A stretch of 64,000 nucleotides of DNA, taken from NCBI RefSeq assembly GCF_009914755.1, contig NC_060925.1; one strand, 5' to 3'. Positions 1 to 13,537 of the stretch are shown here, one piece after another. The position numbers and the translations under genes were made by a program. The notes under the pieces are model-generated. The model saw only the letters and a program-made list of their open reading frames with translations, had not been told where the DNA came from and ran no database searches. Positions within the stretch are counted from its first letter, which is position 1. Each line of letters starts with the position of its first letter. This stretch comes from the human T2T-CHM13v2.0 reference genome, Homo sapiens.

Positions 1-299
1 AGTCTAAACTAATCCAATACCTTTCTATGTGGGCTTTCTATATGCCAGGTGATAGTCCACTTGACTAGACAAAAGCTATACCCACAACTATTTTTGAGAT
101 AGGCCTCTACTTTGGTTCAGTATGTCAATGTGCCGTGGAAAAAATGCCCTTAAAATTCTTAAAAGCCACTTTGCCTAGCTGAGAGAATCTAATAGTCACT
201 ATTTTAAATCATTCTGTGGTCTTAAGAAAGTCTTGTAGCCACACCCTTGATTTAATTTGTACCCTGAGAACATTTCTAACTTTGAGAATCTTTTGGCAG

Positions 300-1083
<784 letters not shown>

Positions 1084-1099
<16 letters not shown>

Positions 1100-1135
1100 T
1101 ATAATCAGTTTTCCATTCCTATGAAGTAAATGACC

Positions 1136-1168
<33 letters not shown>

Positions 1169-1213
1169 TATAGAGAGAGATAGATATAGATATAGATATA
1201 GATATAGATATAG
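1084..1213. repeat. Compound microsatellite (TA)n/(CA)n/(GA)n/(GATATA)n
   Basis: Read directly from the sequence. Confidence 0.9.
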
Positions 1214-1985
<772 letters not shown>

Positions 1986-3097
1986 AAAACCAAAATGTAA
2001 GTTTCATGCTTTTATCTGCATCTTTAGTCAAGTATATAGCCCAATATTTTGTTCACTTGGACTTAATTGGCATGTTTGTTTAATTGAATTAAAGAGGTAG
2101 AAAGTTTTAGAAACACAAGGACCAGAAAGGCTGAAACTATTATAGTTTTGGAAAGCCAAAAGACTATAGAGCAAAGCTAACCATTAAAAAACATTTTCTC
2201 ACCATTTTTCCATATTCTTGTGAATCAAATATGTTTTCTCACCAAAGGGATTTAGGGTATCATAATTTTCAAATAAATGACTGACTCATCAACCTTGTCT
2301 CTTATGGTCATAGCTATTCCAGAAATAAATTCCATGTGAATTTGCAAATTTTCTCATCCTAAATAACTGTTTGAACATCTGAATAATCACACAATGTAGA
2401 TTCCTCCGTATTTGCACAAGAGAAAAAGAATTAAATAGAATTACTGGCATTTCAAACCCAGTATTTGAATTTTGCTAAGATTAGACGCTAGACTTGATTT
2501 GTCTTTCCCATCTGAGGATATAGGTATATTTAGTTTTTCACTAAAATAAAGAGAATCATGGCTGTGTTTTAATGGCCTCAAAGGTTCTTTTCCTAACAGT
2601 CATTTTCTCCAGAAGAGGTTGAGGTTTTTCATCAACAGTAGTGGATAATGATGAGCACATTTTGAAACTGACTAATGATTAATGATATCTTCCTTTCAAG
2701 GATTGATAGACCATAAAACTCTGCACTAAAGGACACATTCTTCCCTTGCTACCAATTTTGAGTCTAAGAATCCAGGTATGTTTGCACTATTTTTTCCCAT
2801 GAAGCAGAATATCCCATCAAAGTGTAACAAGGGGATTCACTGAGAACTCAATTTGCATGTGGTGGTTTTTTTATTTTGTTCTGTTCTGTTTTGTCTATTT
2901 GCTTGCTTGTAATACAACTATCCCTCTGCCTAAGTTTCCAGTTCTAGCAAATGATGTTCCTACCCCAACGTAGGGGACAGGAGGGGTTCCTGAACCTATT
3001 TTTTGGGACCAGATGGGGCCAGTAATGCATTCTCTATTTGAAACTCCTGCTACCAATTGGTCCTGATAAGTATGTGCAGCCTATTGTGATGCTGATG

Positions 3098-3298
3098 ATA
3101 ACAATAGCCAGTGTTTATTGATCCCTCACTGTGCCAAGCATTGTTCAAAGCACTTTATAGTATTAACTCATTTAATCATCACAATTCTCTGAGGTAGGCA
3201 TTATGATTTATTTCTACTTTATAGAGAAGGGCACTGAGGTGTAAAGCAATTTATTCGGGGTTAAATAGTTTCAAATGGCAGAGCCAGGATTTGAACCC
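3098..3298 (-). mobile_element. MIR
   Basis: MIR core: ctcatttaatcatcacaa...gcactgagg...gcagagccaggatttgaaccc. Confidence 0.75.
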
Positions 3299-4526
3299 AC
3301 CACCAACTCTATTGCTTCAAAGACGCTGGGCTCAAGCAGAATTCAGAATTTTTTCCTACATCTGTGTCCTTGGGACTGTATCCTCAGTAGGAAGTCACTG
3401 ATACTCACAGGCTTCGATGTTAGTTGACCTATCTGACTTTCTGATGCTTTGCACAAATTGTTAATAGAAAGGCAATTATCAATGACATCTCAGCCTAGAT
3501 TGACTCCTTGATTGTTGGGGAGACTATATTATCCTAGAATCCAAATGGGATTTCTACCCAGGCCACTATCTGTGCTGATATGTCATGGCCTCCAACCCCA
3601 CAAAGCTTGAACTCTCATGTGCCACGTGCCCTCCCTAGTCACCACCACCATGTCCCACCCTTACACACAGTCAATCCAAATGTGTTTCCTGAGGGTGTAC
3701 TGTATGTCAGGCTCATAGTATACACAGAAGATAGACCCACATACTGGGAGCTTTCATTCCCAACAGCCCAGACTTCCAATTTGAGAAACATGATTACTTT
3801 GGGGAAACACCAACCTGGAAGTCATTGGTGGGGAGAAATGTTTTAGGAAAGATTCAGACTAAACCACCTTTGTAGTCCCTTCCAACCCCACCCCCATCCT
3901 CTTAATTTCTCTGTAAGGCAAGCATTTATTAGTTTGATTTCAACACACACACTTGTACCTGTAATTACTATATAATGTCTGTTTACTTTTTTAAATGAAA
4001 ATGAATTTAAATTAATCTTGTTTTGTGAATTTCAAGTCACCCCCTGAGATAAATGAAGACACTCCAGGGTGTCATCAAACCAGTGCTGGGAATCCTACTC
4101 TACAAAGTAGAGAAGAGAGCTCATTAAACCTCGAAGGAGCCAGAGGGGAGACATGTATATAGACATAGAGCACACTAAAAAGAGAGTTTTATATGTGCAT
4201 TATACACACACACAAATACACGTGAAAGGTGGTACACCAAAATGTGGTTATCTTTAGGTGACTTGTTCCTCGTAAACTTAATATGAATGCCATTCATGAC
4301 TAAGCTCTCTGCACCAGAGAGGAGATCCTGGGAGCAACATTTCCAAAATCCTTCCCATAGATCTTGAGTGCCAATGAGAGGCACCTGTGTAAGATCTGGA
4401 AAGAAAAGAGAGACCATCGTTTGCCAGAGATAGGTAAGTGCAGAGGCAGATGAGAGGCTGAAAACAGCGTCCAGGTGAATTTCTTGGGATCCCCCCACAT
4501 GAGTGCTGGAGTCTGAGATCATTGGT

Positions 4527-4546
4527 GGGAATTTCCCGGAAGTTCC
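4527..4546. promoter_or_regulatory. Overlapping NF-kB / GAS / ETS element
   Basis: GGGAATTTCC 4527-4536, TTCCCGGAA 4533-4541, CCGGAAGT 4536-4543. Confidence 0.5.
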
Positions 4547-6329
4547 TGAGACTTACAGTGGAATTGCTTCCAGGCAAGATCTTAAAGAGAATCTCATTTA
4601 GATGTTACCAGCTCAGATCATCTGGTACCTTTGCTACTCAGCCCACCTGCCAGGTATGTAAACCTTGAATTTCTCATATTGCTTCCTTTCATACTAGGAG
4701 AGCATAGAATGGCTTCTCCTTTCCTAATCAAACACCAACTAATATAAATAGGTAATAGGTGATGATTTTTAACATTTTGCATGTGTATGTGTTTTAATGC
4801 TTTTACAATAAACATATTATAATATAGCAATAAAAGCTTTAATATGTGTTTAATATATAATGTCATAAATATTCTAATACACATGCTGCAGAAGCTCAGA
4901 AGAGGGACACAAAACATGAATTGGAGCAGGGAAAGCTTCCTAGAGAAAGTGGTCTCTTTTCCCAAAGTGAAACTTAAGGAAGTTGAGATGTTGCTGCAGG
5001 CCAAAGGTAAGAGCAGGGCAGGAAAAAGGCACAGCATGGGCACAGGCACATAGGAGAGCTCTGCTTCTCTGACTGACTACACATTGTTCATTGTGACAAG
5101 ACAAACACTTCTGCAGAGGAATGAGGTAAGGTGAGGCTGAAGGAAAAAGCAAGAGGCCTCATCCTGGAGGGCTTGATATACCAGTCTATAAATCTTGGGG
5201 GTTTGTTCTTGAAGACAATAAGGAGTTATTGAAGAACTGGAAAAGTAACATCCATGCTCTGTAAAAGTCTCTGCAGGTTCACAGAGGGGAAATGTGTAGA
5301 GGCCGGAATACAGGAGGCCAGTCCAGGGATCCACAGAGATGATGGGTCCTAAGGAGGTTTTGGGGGGATGGGATTTGGGTGGGAAGAAGGTCTGCTACAG
5401 AGGGGAAAGGAGGGCTTGTGTGAAAAAAGGTTGTCCATGGTGCCTTCTTTCCCCTAAGCTACAGGGAGGCTAGAGACATTTAAATTGGAGGATAATGACT
5501 GGGGCACTTTTTGCCTTGCCTGGAAACTAACGTAAAGGTAGGTAGAGTAGGAAGCAATGTTTCAAGCATTCCTCTAGAAAGGAAATCTGGAAACCAAGCC
5601 CTTCCTTGGAACAAAAAACAGGAAAGGTACATGTACATTAAGCCTGTTTTTCTTGGACATCTTTCTAACCCGTAGATAAAGCCAATGTGTTGTTCTAATC
5701 CAGGATTCTTAGGTGGTTCTAATTGACCTCAAGTTTTCACCCAGGCCAGTTAGGCCCCTTTGAGGCCTCTCCCTCTGCTGATCAGCTCCTCCACCCATAT
5801 CCCTGCTCAGCTAAAACTTCTCAGCTCCAGAGAAGAGACACCTGGAGATCAACTCACTACCTCTGTGACCAGACCACTTTCTGGATGCTGCCGATGACCA
5901 AAGGAAAAACAGAGCTGCAGGACAAACAAGTCTTACACCAGGGCTTCTTAGTCATAGGTGTGCTTATGAGCCACCTGAGGATCTCACAGGTCGGGGGGCC
6001 TGAGATTCCGCATCTATCACAGGCTCCCATGTGACATCAACTGTGGATCACACCTTGAGAAGCACTGGTCTAAAGGTGGTGGAGGGAGCAGCCAGGAGTT
6101 TAGAAGGTGCCAAAACGAAACCAGATGCTGACAGTTTGTGAGTTCCATTGGTTCATCATATTTGTTGCATCTGCACTGGAAAATGAACCTATGCGGCCTA
6201 TAGTTTTAGAGACCGAAAAACTTAAAACAAAGGGGAAAGAAAAAAAGCAATACACCAGTTTAGAAACTCCAAAGGTTTAGTGCTGTGATGAGCATATTAA
6301 AGATAAGAAAATAAAGTAAATAAAGGCAA

Positions 6330-6510
6330 CTATATTGGTTTTCTATTGCTGCATAACAAATTGCCACAAACATAATGGCTAAAGAAACACCATTTATGAT
6401 GTCAGTTCTGTAGGTCAGAAGTTGGCCACAGGTTAGCTGAACCTAAGCTCAGGGTCTCCTCAGGCTGATATCAAAGTGCCAGCCAGGCTATGGCTCAGCT
6501 GAGGCTCGAG
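6330..6510 (-). mobile_element. MLT1-family LTR fragment
   Basis: tattgctgcataacaaattgccacaaac...cagttctgtaggtcagaag. Confidence 0.7.
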
Positions 6511-7429
6511 GCAGCGTAAACAGAAGAAGTGAGAGAGTCCACCAACATGGTTTTGATCACAGAAGTGCCTCTTCCCTAACTGAATGCTCCCTCTTGATTC
6601 CACTCTCACCTGCCTTTGTTGAATGGCTTTTCAAAAACCAAAGCCTAGTCCCCACCTCCCTCCCCATCTCCAGCTCCCATGATGATAGCATCTGATGTGA
6701 GGCAGCATTCCCAACACCCCAACTTAAACTTTTAATGTGCTCCTGGGATGATCTAAAAAAAAAGAAAAAAACACCATAATTTTAAATGCCATAAAGGCAA
6801 TTGACTTGTCAAAAGTACAAGAAATCAACTAGTAAATTGGGAGATTTCAGTTATGGTATGTTCTGCAACAGTATACGAATCACAAATTTTTCAACAAGAC
6901 AAAAAAAAGAGAAACAAGGAAAAGCTATCAGTGCCATCTTGTGGAAAGACCTATATTAAAATGTCCAAGGTAATCTGACCACACCCCAGACCATTTCAGC
7001 GCCTCTACACCCAAAGCTGACACACATCCAACTGACACCAGGGTAGCTTCACTGTTTGTTTGCAGGTAATGGTTCTGGTAGAGGTTCCATTTTAATTGCT
7101 CGTTTCTTGTGCCATGACCAATCATTAAATAATTTGTATATCATCTCTAACCATACAAATACCACAGCAACCTATACCTCCAACACCACACACACACAAA
7201 ACTCATGCCCAGACTACTCTGGTTGGTTCCCCCACAGACAGCATGGTTCTCCAAATATGGAAAATTTGCATTGATCTATCACAACATTCCTGCATACACA
7301 CACTTAGACCACAACTGCTTACAGTATAATTCTTTCTTTTTGAATTAACCTTTGTTTTAATTTTATTTTATTTCTTGAGTTTATTGTAAGTTATTTTTCT
7401 TCTTTCCTTCAAACTGAATATTTTTATCT

Positions 7430-7945
7430 ATATTAGTTACATATTACTGCATAATAAATTACCCAAAATTTGATGGCTTAAAAGAATAAATATTTATTAT
7501 CTCACAGTTTCTGTAGGTAAGGAATTCAGGAGAGGCTTAGCTGGGTTGTTCTGGCTCAGGGAATCCATGAGGCTATAATCAAGATGTTGGGTAAATCATC
7601 TAAAGTCTTCATGGGCTGGAGAATTCACTGCAACAGTAGTGAGCCACTGACTTGATGGTGGGTAGGAGGCTTCAGTTCCTCACCACATGGATCTCTCCAC
7701 ACAGCTGCTTGAGAGTTCTCACAACATGGCAGCTGGCTTCTTCCCAAAGCTTCCCATGGCAGGCCTTCTTTCCAAGACAGAACAAGGCAAAAATTAAGTA
7801 TTTCATGATGCAGCCTAGGAAGTCACACACCACCAGTTACACAATATCTTACTGGTTGCAAAAATCAGCCCTATCAATGTGGAAAAGCACTACACAGGCA
7901 TGAAATGGCTCATTGGGTACCATCTTGGAAGCTAGCTGCCATACC
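7430..7945 (-). mobile_element. MLT1 LTR (MLT1F-like)
   Basis: aaattacccaaaatttgatggcttaaaa...ctcacagtttctgtagg...catcttggaagctagctgcc. Confidence 0.75.
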
Positions 7946-8275
7946 ATTTCTTCTTAGGTTCAGTTTCCAGATTATCAGATCTTAGGTGTGAAGTGTGTTT
8001 AGACATTAAAAAATCAGAACACTGAGGACACTGAGAATTCTGACTGTAGTCCAAGGGCCACAGGAACCTGAACCCAAGCAATCCTTTGCATTGGTGGAAC
8101 ACAGGGACCTACCTGGAGGAAGAAATTCTCTGACTCCAATTGCACCCCTAATTGCCACTAGCATCAAGCCAAACAGGGGACTGGGGCCTCAATATGAACA
8201 AGAACTAAGTCAAAACATTCTTATCAGCTGGAAAAAGGGAAGCTGAGATGCCCTAAAAAATGTTCTGTTAAGCCT

Positions 8276-8808
8276 TATTTTTTACTTTTAAGTTCAGGGG
8301 TACATGTGAAGAATGTGCAGGTTTGTTACATATGTAAAAGTGTGCCATGGTGGTTTGCTGCACAGATCATCCCATCACCTAGGTTTTAAGCCCAGCATCC
8401 ATTAGCTATTCTTCCTGATGTTCTCCCTCCCCAAGTCCCCACCCCAGACAGGCCCCAGCATTTGTTGTTCCCCATCCCCATGTGTCCATGTGTTCTCATC
8501 ATTCAGCTCCCACTTGTAAGTAAGAATATGCAGTGTTTGGTTTTCTGTTCCTGTGTTAGTTTGCTGAGAATAATGGCTTCCAGTTCCATCCATGTCCCTG
8601 CAAGGGAATGATCTCATTGCTTTTTATGGCTGTATCATATTCCATGGTGTATATGTACCACATTTTCTTTATCACTGATGGACATTTAGGTTGATTCCAT
8701 GTCTTTGCTATTGCGAATGTGCTGCAATAAGCATATGGTGCATGTATCTTTATAAAAGAATGACTTGTATTCCTTTGGGTATATACCCAGTAATGGGATT
8801 GCTGGGTC
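8276..8808 (-). mobile_element. L1PA 3' end (5'-truncated)
   Basis: tactttaagttcaggggtacatgtg...gggtatatacccagtaatgggattgctgggtc. Confidence 0.9.
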
Positions 8809-11204
8809 TGCTGAGCTTTTCATTGGACAGTAGACAAAATGGAAAGAAAAATCCCTCTCTTCATAAGACATTTCTGGTAGTTCCAATTCAAGCTTATCTT
8901 TCCCCCACTGACTTCTTTTTCACTTGTTTTTACTGCACAATTAGCTTTTTAATATGTATTATCTGATTGTCTTTGATGAGCAATTTAGTACTTTATTATA
9001 TGTCCTGAGAATAATTACATCAGAGTCTAAATCCCCCGCAAGGATGTTGTAAATTCCTTGAAGTCAGGGAAATTTCTTAAGCTTACTACTCAGCCCACCA
9101 TCAGTGTCAATAGATTGTTCTCCAGGAACACGGCCCCTCCAAAGCACTCAAATACACAAGCCATCACACACATGCACACTACAAGAGCAGTGCTCTATAA
9201 AGAACAAGCTTTATTTGTCCCATTTCACAAAAATAGTAATTAGACATAGCCAAGATCATACTGACACAGCCATTCTTTATTTAAAAGCACAGTCAAGTAA
9301 AAAATACACTTCAAAGAGATACTACCCAATACTCAACACAGTCCTCAAACTTGTGCATTTAAAAAGAATTACAAATACACATTGCCACATGGTCCGACAG
9401 ACTCACATTCACTCCTAGAAATGTACCTTCACGGTCTTGCCAATGCATTCTTCTTATTAATTTCCCATTCATTTGTTTACTTAACATTTTGAGCCCTGTG
9501 GCTCAGGCTCCATATTAGATGTGTGGAATTCAAAAACGGAACAACGCATTCTTGCCTCCTCTGCAAACAAGTATCCTCAATCCAATGACATTACTATACT
9601 GAGAAGACATATTTATACAAGGTGAGATGGGAGAAAAAAAAAAAGCCTAAATCTTCCTGAGGGTCAGGTAACTCTGTACAGAGGAGAGAATAAAAGAAGG
9701 TCAGTATCATGTATGTGGGCAGACAAGAAGGTGGTTAGTTGCAGAAGTCCTGTTAATTGCAGAAGTCTGAGCCAGGAAACCATCAGAGAGGGTTTTTCCT
9801 TACAGTTTGAGGCCCCTTGGGCCCAAGACAAAACATCATATGGCACCCTTGACATATGGCACCCTTGACAAAGCTTAAGGCAGGGACCCTGGGCCCTTTC
9901 CACTCTGGGTCTGCTGGAAGGGAAGGGCAGAGCTTCCTAAAAAGGGAGCCAACTGGCCTCTCCACACGGAGGCCCTAATGGTTTGATGGATGCACTGCTA
10001 GCCCTGCAGAAACCCACAAGAGGGAGAGAATCATTGGTAGGGGACTCAGGGAAGAGGAAGATCTCGGTCTCCCAAAAAAATTTTCTCCTTCTGGAGAATA
10101 TGGGCTTCGAGCTGGATATCAAGGAGGCAAAGAAGGAGCACATAGGAGGGTAGGGAGTGAAGTGGAAACTTCCCTGGTGAGTAGGGGAAGCAAAGAAAGG
10201 AGAACAAGGCAAAGGGACTAAGAAAAGATTAACTTACAAGAACAAATGCTAGAGTCTTGTCTCCAGAGGTAGTGCAACCAGAAATCCTGAAGAGCAGTTG
10301 AATTGAGAAGAGAAGTGGGAGGTCAGGGGGTTGGGGGAAGAGGTGACTGGTGGCTGAGAGGCCATGGCTGGGAAAGAGAGAAAGGAATAAACTGGGGAGG
10401 GCTGGTAACATTGATAGGAATTTATGTAGGAAATGAGAGTGCAAACAGGAAGGGCTTAATGAGGGCTGTGATTGTCTGGAAGGAGAAAAAGGGGAGATTT
10501 GGCACCTCCTGGAACCTGGGGAAAGTAATTGTCTGGGTAAATGGTAAGTGTATTTCCCACAGGGTCAGAGCAGGCTTTGATCTTTAGGAGAAGACAAATT
10601 GCTTTCCATCTTGCTGAAGCCAAAGGCTTAAATGGTCAGACGTGTGTCATAGGTGGGTGCAAAGGGAAGGAAATATAATACATCCTCATGGCCAAGTGCC
10701 CTGGGCTTGGATCACTGTGTCCTTGGCCAAGTTAACCAACTTCTTTAAGCTTCCAATGATTCATGTACAAAAAAAGATACAAAAATACCTTTCACATGTG
10801 GTTCTTCCAGAAAGCGCTTGGCACAGGGCCTGGTACATAAACAAATTCAATAAGGGTTAACTATTTTCATAATTACAGTTAGTCTGCATCGCTAGAAGCA
10901 CATTATTCAAATGAGGATATGGACTGGTCAGATGACAGTGGAAACGGTGTTCAGATCTAGGGGCCCCCACCTAGTAAGAACAACACTAATCAACTCTAGC
11001 CTGCCCAGGGGACAGTGACCCAGAGAACTAGGAAACCTTGAAAAATGAAGAAATATGAAATACTAATAAAAATTAAGAAAACCCACAAGCGTTTAACCCA
11101 GATAATATTTGGGGACATGAGGGGGTTATGTGAAGAGAAAACAATGTTCCATTTAACTTTAGGAAATGGCGATATTATTAAAGATTTTGGAGGCATTAGT
11201 CATC

Positions 11205-11370
11205 ATCCTTTGGTCAAGTTTATTAACCTCTCCAGTGCCTCTGTTTTTTCATCCATAAAATGGGATTCACTAGATCACCTATCTTATAAGATTACTGTGG
11301 CAATTAAATGAGTCAGTATGTGCTAAGTGCTTAGAAGACTATCTAGCACATAATAAATGCTCAATAAGTC
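11205..11370 (+). mobile_element. MIR
   Basis: gtcaagtttattaacctctccagtgcctctgttttttcatccataaaatggg...aaatgctcaataa. Confidence 0.7.
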
Positions 11371-11939
11371 CTGAGGAGCAACTGGATTGACAGGAGAAGT
11401 TGGTGCTGGTTATTATTATTACTATAATTATTACCCTGGGTAAGTTTTTAATAGTTCCAGCAATGAAAAAATGAGAATAGCCTCCTTGCAGCAGTAATTC
11501 CCTCTTACTGGAACAGTTCAAAAAGTCGCTGATAACGACCAGTCAATCATTAGAGAGGAGACTCCTCGTCCTGGGAGAAAGCCGATTTGTCATCTCTTAA
11601 ACCCCAGGGCATCCAGCGTGAAGGAGGTAGAACTAGGCCGGCCCGCGAGGAGGCAGGGGCAGGCGCCAGTGACGCAATGACTGCAACATGCCGCCAGGGT
11701 GCAGCAGAGCCCGACCCCGGGTTGTTCCATCCGCAGCAAACAATTCCTAACTCGCTCCAGGTCTTCCTTCTTAGCTGAGTGGGTTGAACCCCGTGGAAGT
11801 AACCCCCCGCCCATTATGATGATCCAGCCAATCACCGCGTGATCTGCTCGGACGGGGCGGGATCGCGGCGCTTCCCTCGGTCGCTCAGAGACTGGGTTCC
11901 GCGTTCCAGCCCCGCCCCAGGTTCTGGGCCAATCCCCGC

Positions 11940-12012
11940 GGCTGGGCAGAGCGACCCGAGGGCGGCGCCCTGCAGACCACGTGGCCCGGGAGGCGCCGAG
12001 GCCAGGTAGGTG
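11940..12012 (+). other. DUSP23: DUSP23 non-coding first exon (start approximate; tandem donors at 12006 and 12013)
   Basis: CAG|GTAGGT at 12006 and G|GTGAGT at 12013; pyrimidine tract plus AG at 12109-12110, two nt before the ATG. Confidence 0.65.
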
Positions 12013-12112
12013 GTGAGTTACTTGGCTCGGAGCGGGCGAGGGGACGCGTGGGCGGAGCGGGGCTGGCCAGCCTCGGCCCCCATGACCCGCTGTCCTGTGC
12101 CCTTTCCCAGCG

Positions 12113-12379
12113 ATGGGCGTGCAGCCCCCCAACTTCTCCTGGGTGCTTCCGGGCCGGCTGGCGGGACTGGCGCTGCCGCGGCTCCCCGCCCACTACCAGT
12201 TCCTGTTGGACCTGGGCGTGCGGCACCTGGTGTCCCTGACGGAGCGCGGGCCCCCTCACAGCGACAGCTGCCCCGGCCTCACCCTGCACCGCCTGCGCAT
12301 CCCCGACTTCTGCCCGCCGGCCCCCGACCAGATCGACCGCTTCGTGCAGATCGTGGACGAGGCCAACGCACGGGGAGAG
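12113..12379 (+). CDS. DUSP23: DUSP23 coding exon 1 (aa 1-89)
   Basis: MGVQPPNFSWVLPGRLAGLALPR...IPDF (general-acid loop)...DEANARGE; phase-0 donor GAG|GTCAGC at 12380. Confidence 0.97.
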
Positions 12380-12704
12380 GTCAGCGGGCGGGGTCAGCGC
12401 AGGGAGGGAGGGGCCTGGAAGGTCAGCGGGGGACACGGGCGGAGCTGGGGAGACCGGGCCTGGGATAACTTAACTGGGCTCGGGGAGGCAGACAGTAGGG
12501 CCGGGAGACTGGGAAGCCAGTGCGGGGGAGGGAAGCGCTAAACGGAAGGAACTAAAGAGAGGGCGAAGCAGTGCGAACTGGGCTTGAGGAGAGGCAGTGA
12601 AAACCAGCTAATACTGTGAGTTGTGAAGGAGAAGGGTGTGGACAGACACCTGGGAGAGGTGGGGGTTGAAGTCAGGTGGAGGCTGTTTACCATTTTCTAG
12701 AGTA

Positions 12705-12940
12705 AAGCTGTCCAAATATAATGGAACCTAAGTGGCTCCATGTAATGTTAATTTTTCTAGCAACGGCATTCTTAAAAAGCAGGGAAGCAGATAAAATTAA
12801 CTTTGGTGATCTTAATGAGATATTTTCATTCTTTTTTCTACTACCTCTTCATACCCTGTTGCGTTTTTCACACTACATCTCAGTTTGGACTAGCCACATT
12901 TCGAGTACAGTAGCCACAGTAGCCGTGGCTACTGTCTTCT
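12705..12940. mobile_element. hAT-Charlie MITE (MER33/MER3-like) in DUSP23 intron
   Basis: gctgtccaa...catctcagtttggactagccacatttc...gtggctact. Confidence 0.6.
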
Positions 12941-13164
12941 GTATTGAACACCACAGGTGGAGGGCTGTGTAGAGGTGGACAGCTCTTGAACCAGCCAGTG
13001 CAGAGGCCTCCTAGCCACCTAGTGCAGGGACAGCCCTCCCTGACTTTGCTGCAGAGCCCTGGACCTGGCACAGAAGAAGGAGCTGTGGGGAGAACCAAGT
13101 GAGGGGCAGGAAACAGTTGTGGGTGGGGGAGTTGAGTGGCACCCATCGAGCCCCCTCTTCGTAG

Positions 13165-13350
13165 GCTGTGGGAGTGCACTGTGCTCTGGGCTTTGGCCGC
13201 ACTGGCACCATGCTGGCCTGTTACCTGGTGAAGGAGCGGGGCTTGGCTGCAGGAGATGCCATTGCTGAAATCCGACGACTACGACCCGGCTCCATCGAGA
13301 CCTATGAGCAGGAGAAAGCAGTCTTCCAGTTCTACCAGCGAACGAAATAA
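13165..13350 (+). CDS. DUSP23: DUSP23 coding exon 2 (aa 90-150) with catalytic HCxxGxGRT
   Basis: Acceptor ttcgtag|GCT; [21 protein letters not shown]...FYQRTK*. Spliced CDS 267+186 nt = 150 aa. Confidence 0.97.
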   Translation, partial: AVGVHCALGFGRTGTMLACYLVKERGLAAGDAIAEIRRLRPGSIETYEQEKAVFQFYQRTK

Positions 13351-13531
13351 GGGGCCTTAGTACCCTTCTACCAGGCCCTCACTCCCCTTCCCCATGTTGT
13401 CGATGGGGCCAGAGATGAAGGGAAGTGGACTAAAGTATTAAACCCTCTAGCTCCCATTGGCTGAAGACACTGAAGTAGCCCACCCCTGCAGGCAGGTCCT
13501 GATTGAAGGGGAGGCTTGTACTGCTTTGTTG

Positions 13532-13537
13532 AATAAA
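13532..13537 (+). terminator. DUSP23: DUSP23 polyadenylation signal
   Basis: AATAAA about 180 nt after the stop codon. Confidence 0.8.

Larger units (their letters stand above)
11600..12560. promoter_or_regulatory. DUSP23: CpG island / DUSP23 promoter
   Basis: Dense CpG and GC. CCAAT boxes at 11828-11832 and 11929-11933; GC boxes at 11854-11861 and 11910-11918; ETS GGAAGT 11795-11800; E-box CACGTG 11978-11983; TGACGCAAT 11670-11678. No obvious TATA. Confidence 0.9.

Noticed and set aside
9837-9870. 16-bp tandem duplication CATATGGCACCCTTGA x2
   Set aside because: Isolated slippage duplication with no supporting context.
9937-10212. Minus-strand ORF with IFLFPESPTNDS, faintly like the pentraxin FVFP(K/R)ES motif
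   Set aside because: Only a few residues match; no pentraxin Cys, HxC motif or downstream similarity, so likely chance.
11590-12436. Long antisense ORFs (180 and 183 aa) over DUSP23
   Set aside because: Expected stop-codon depletion in a CpG island and opposite a GC3-rich CDS; no domain features.
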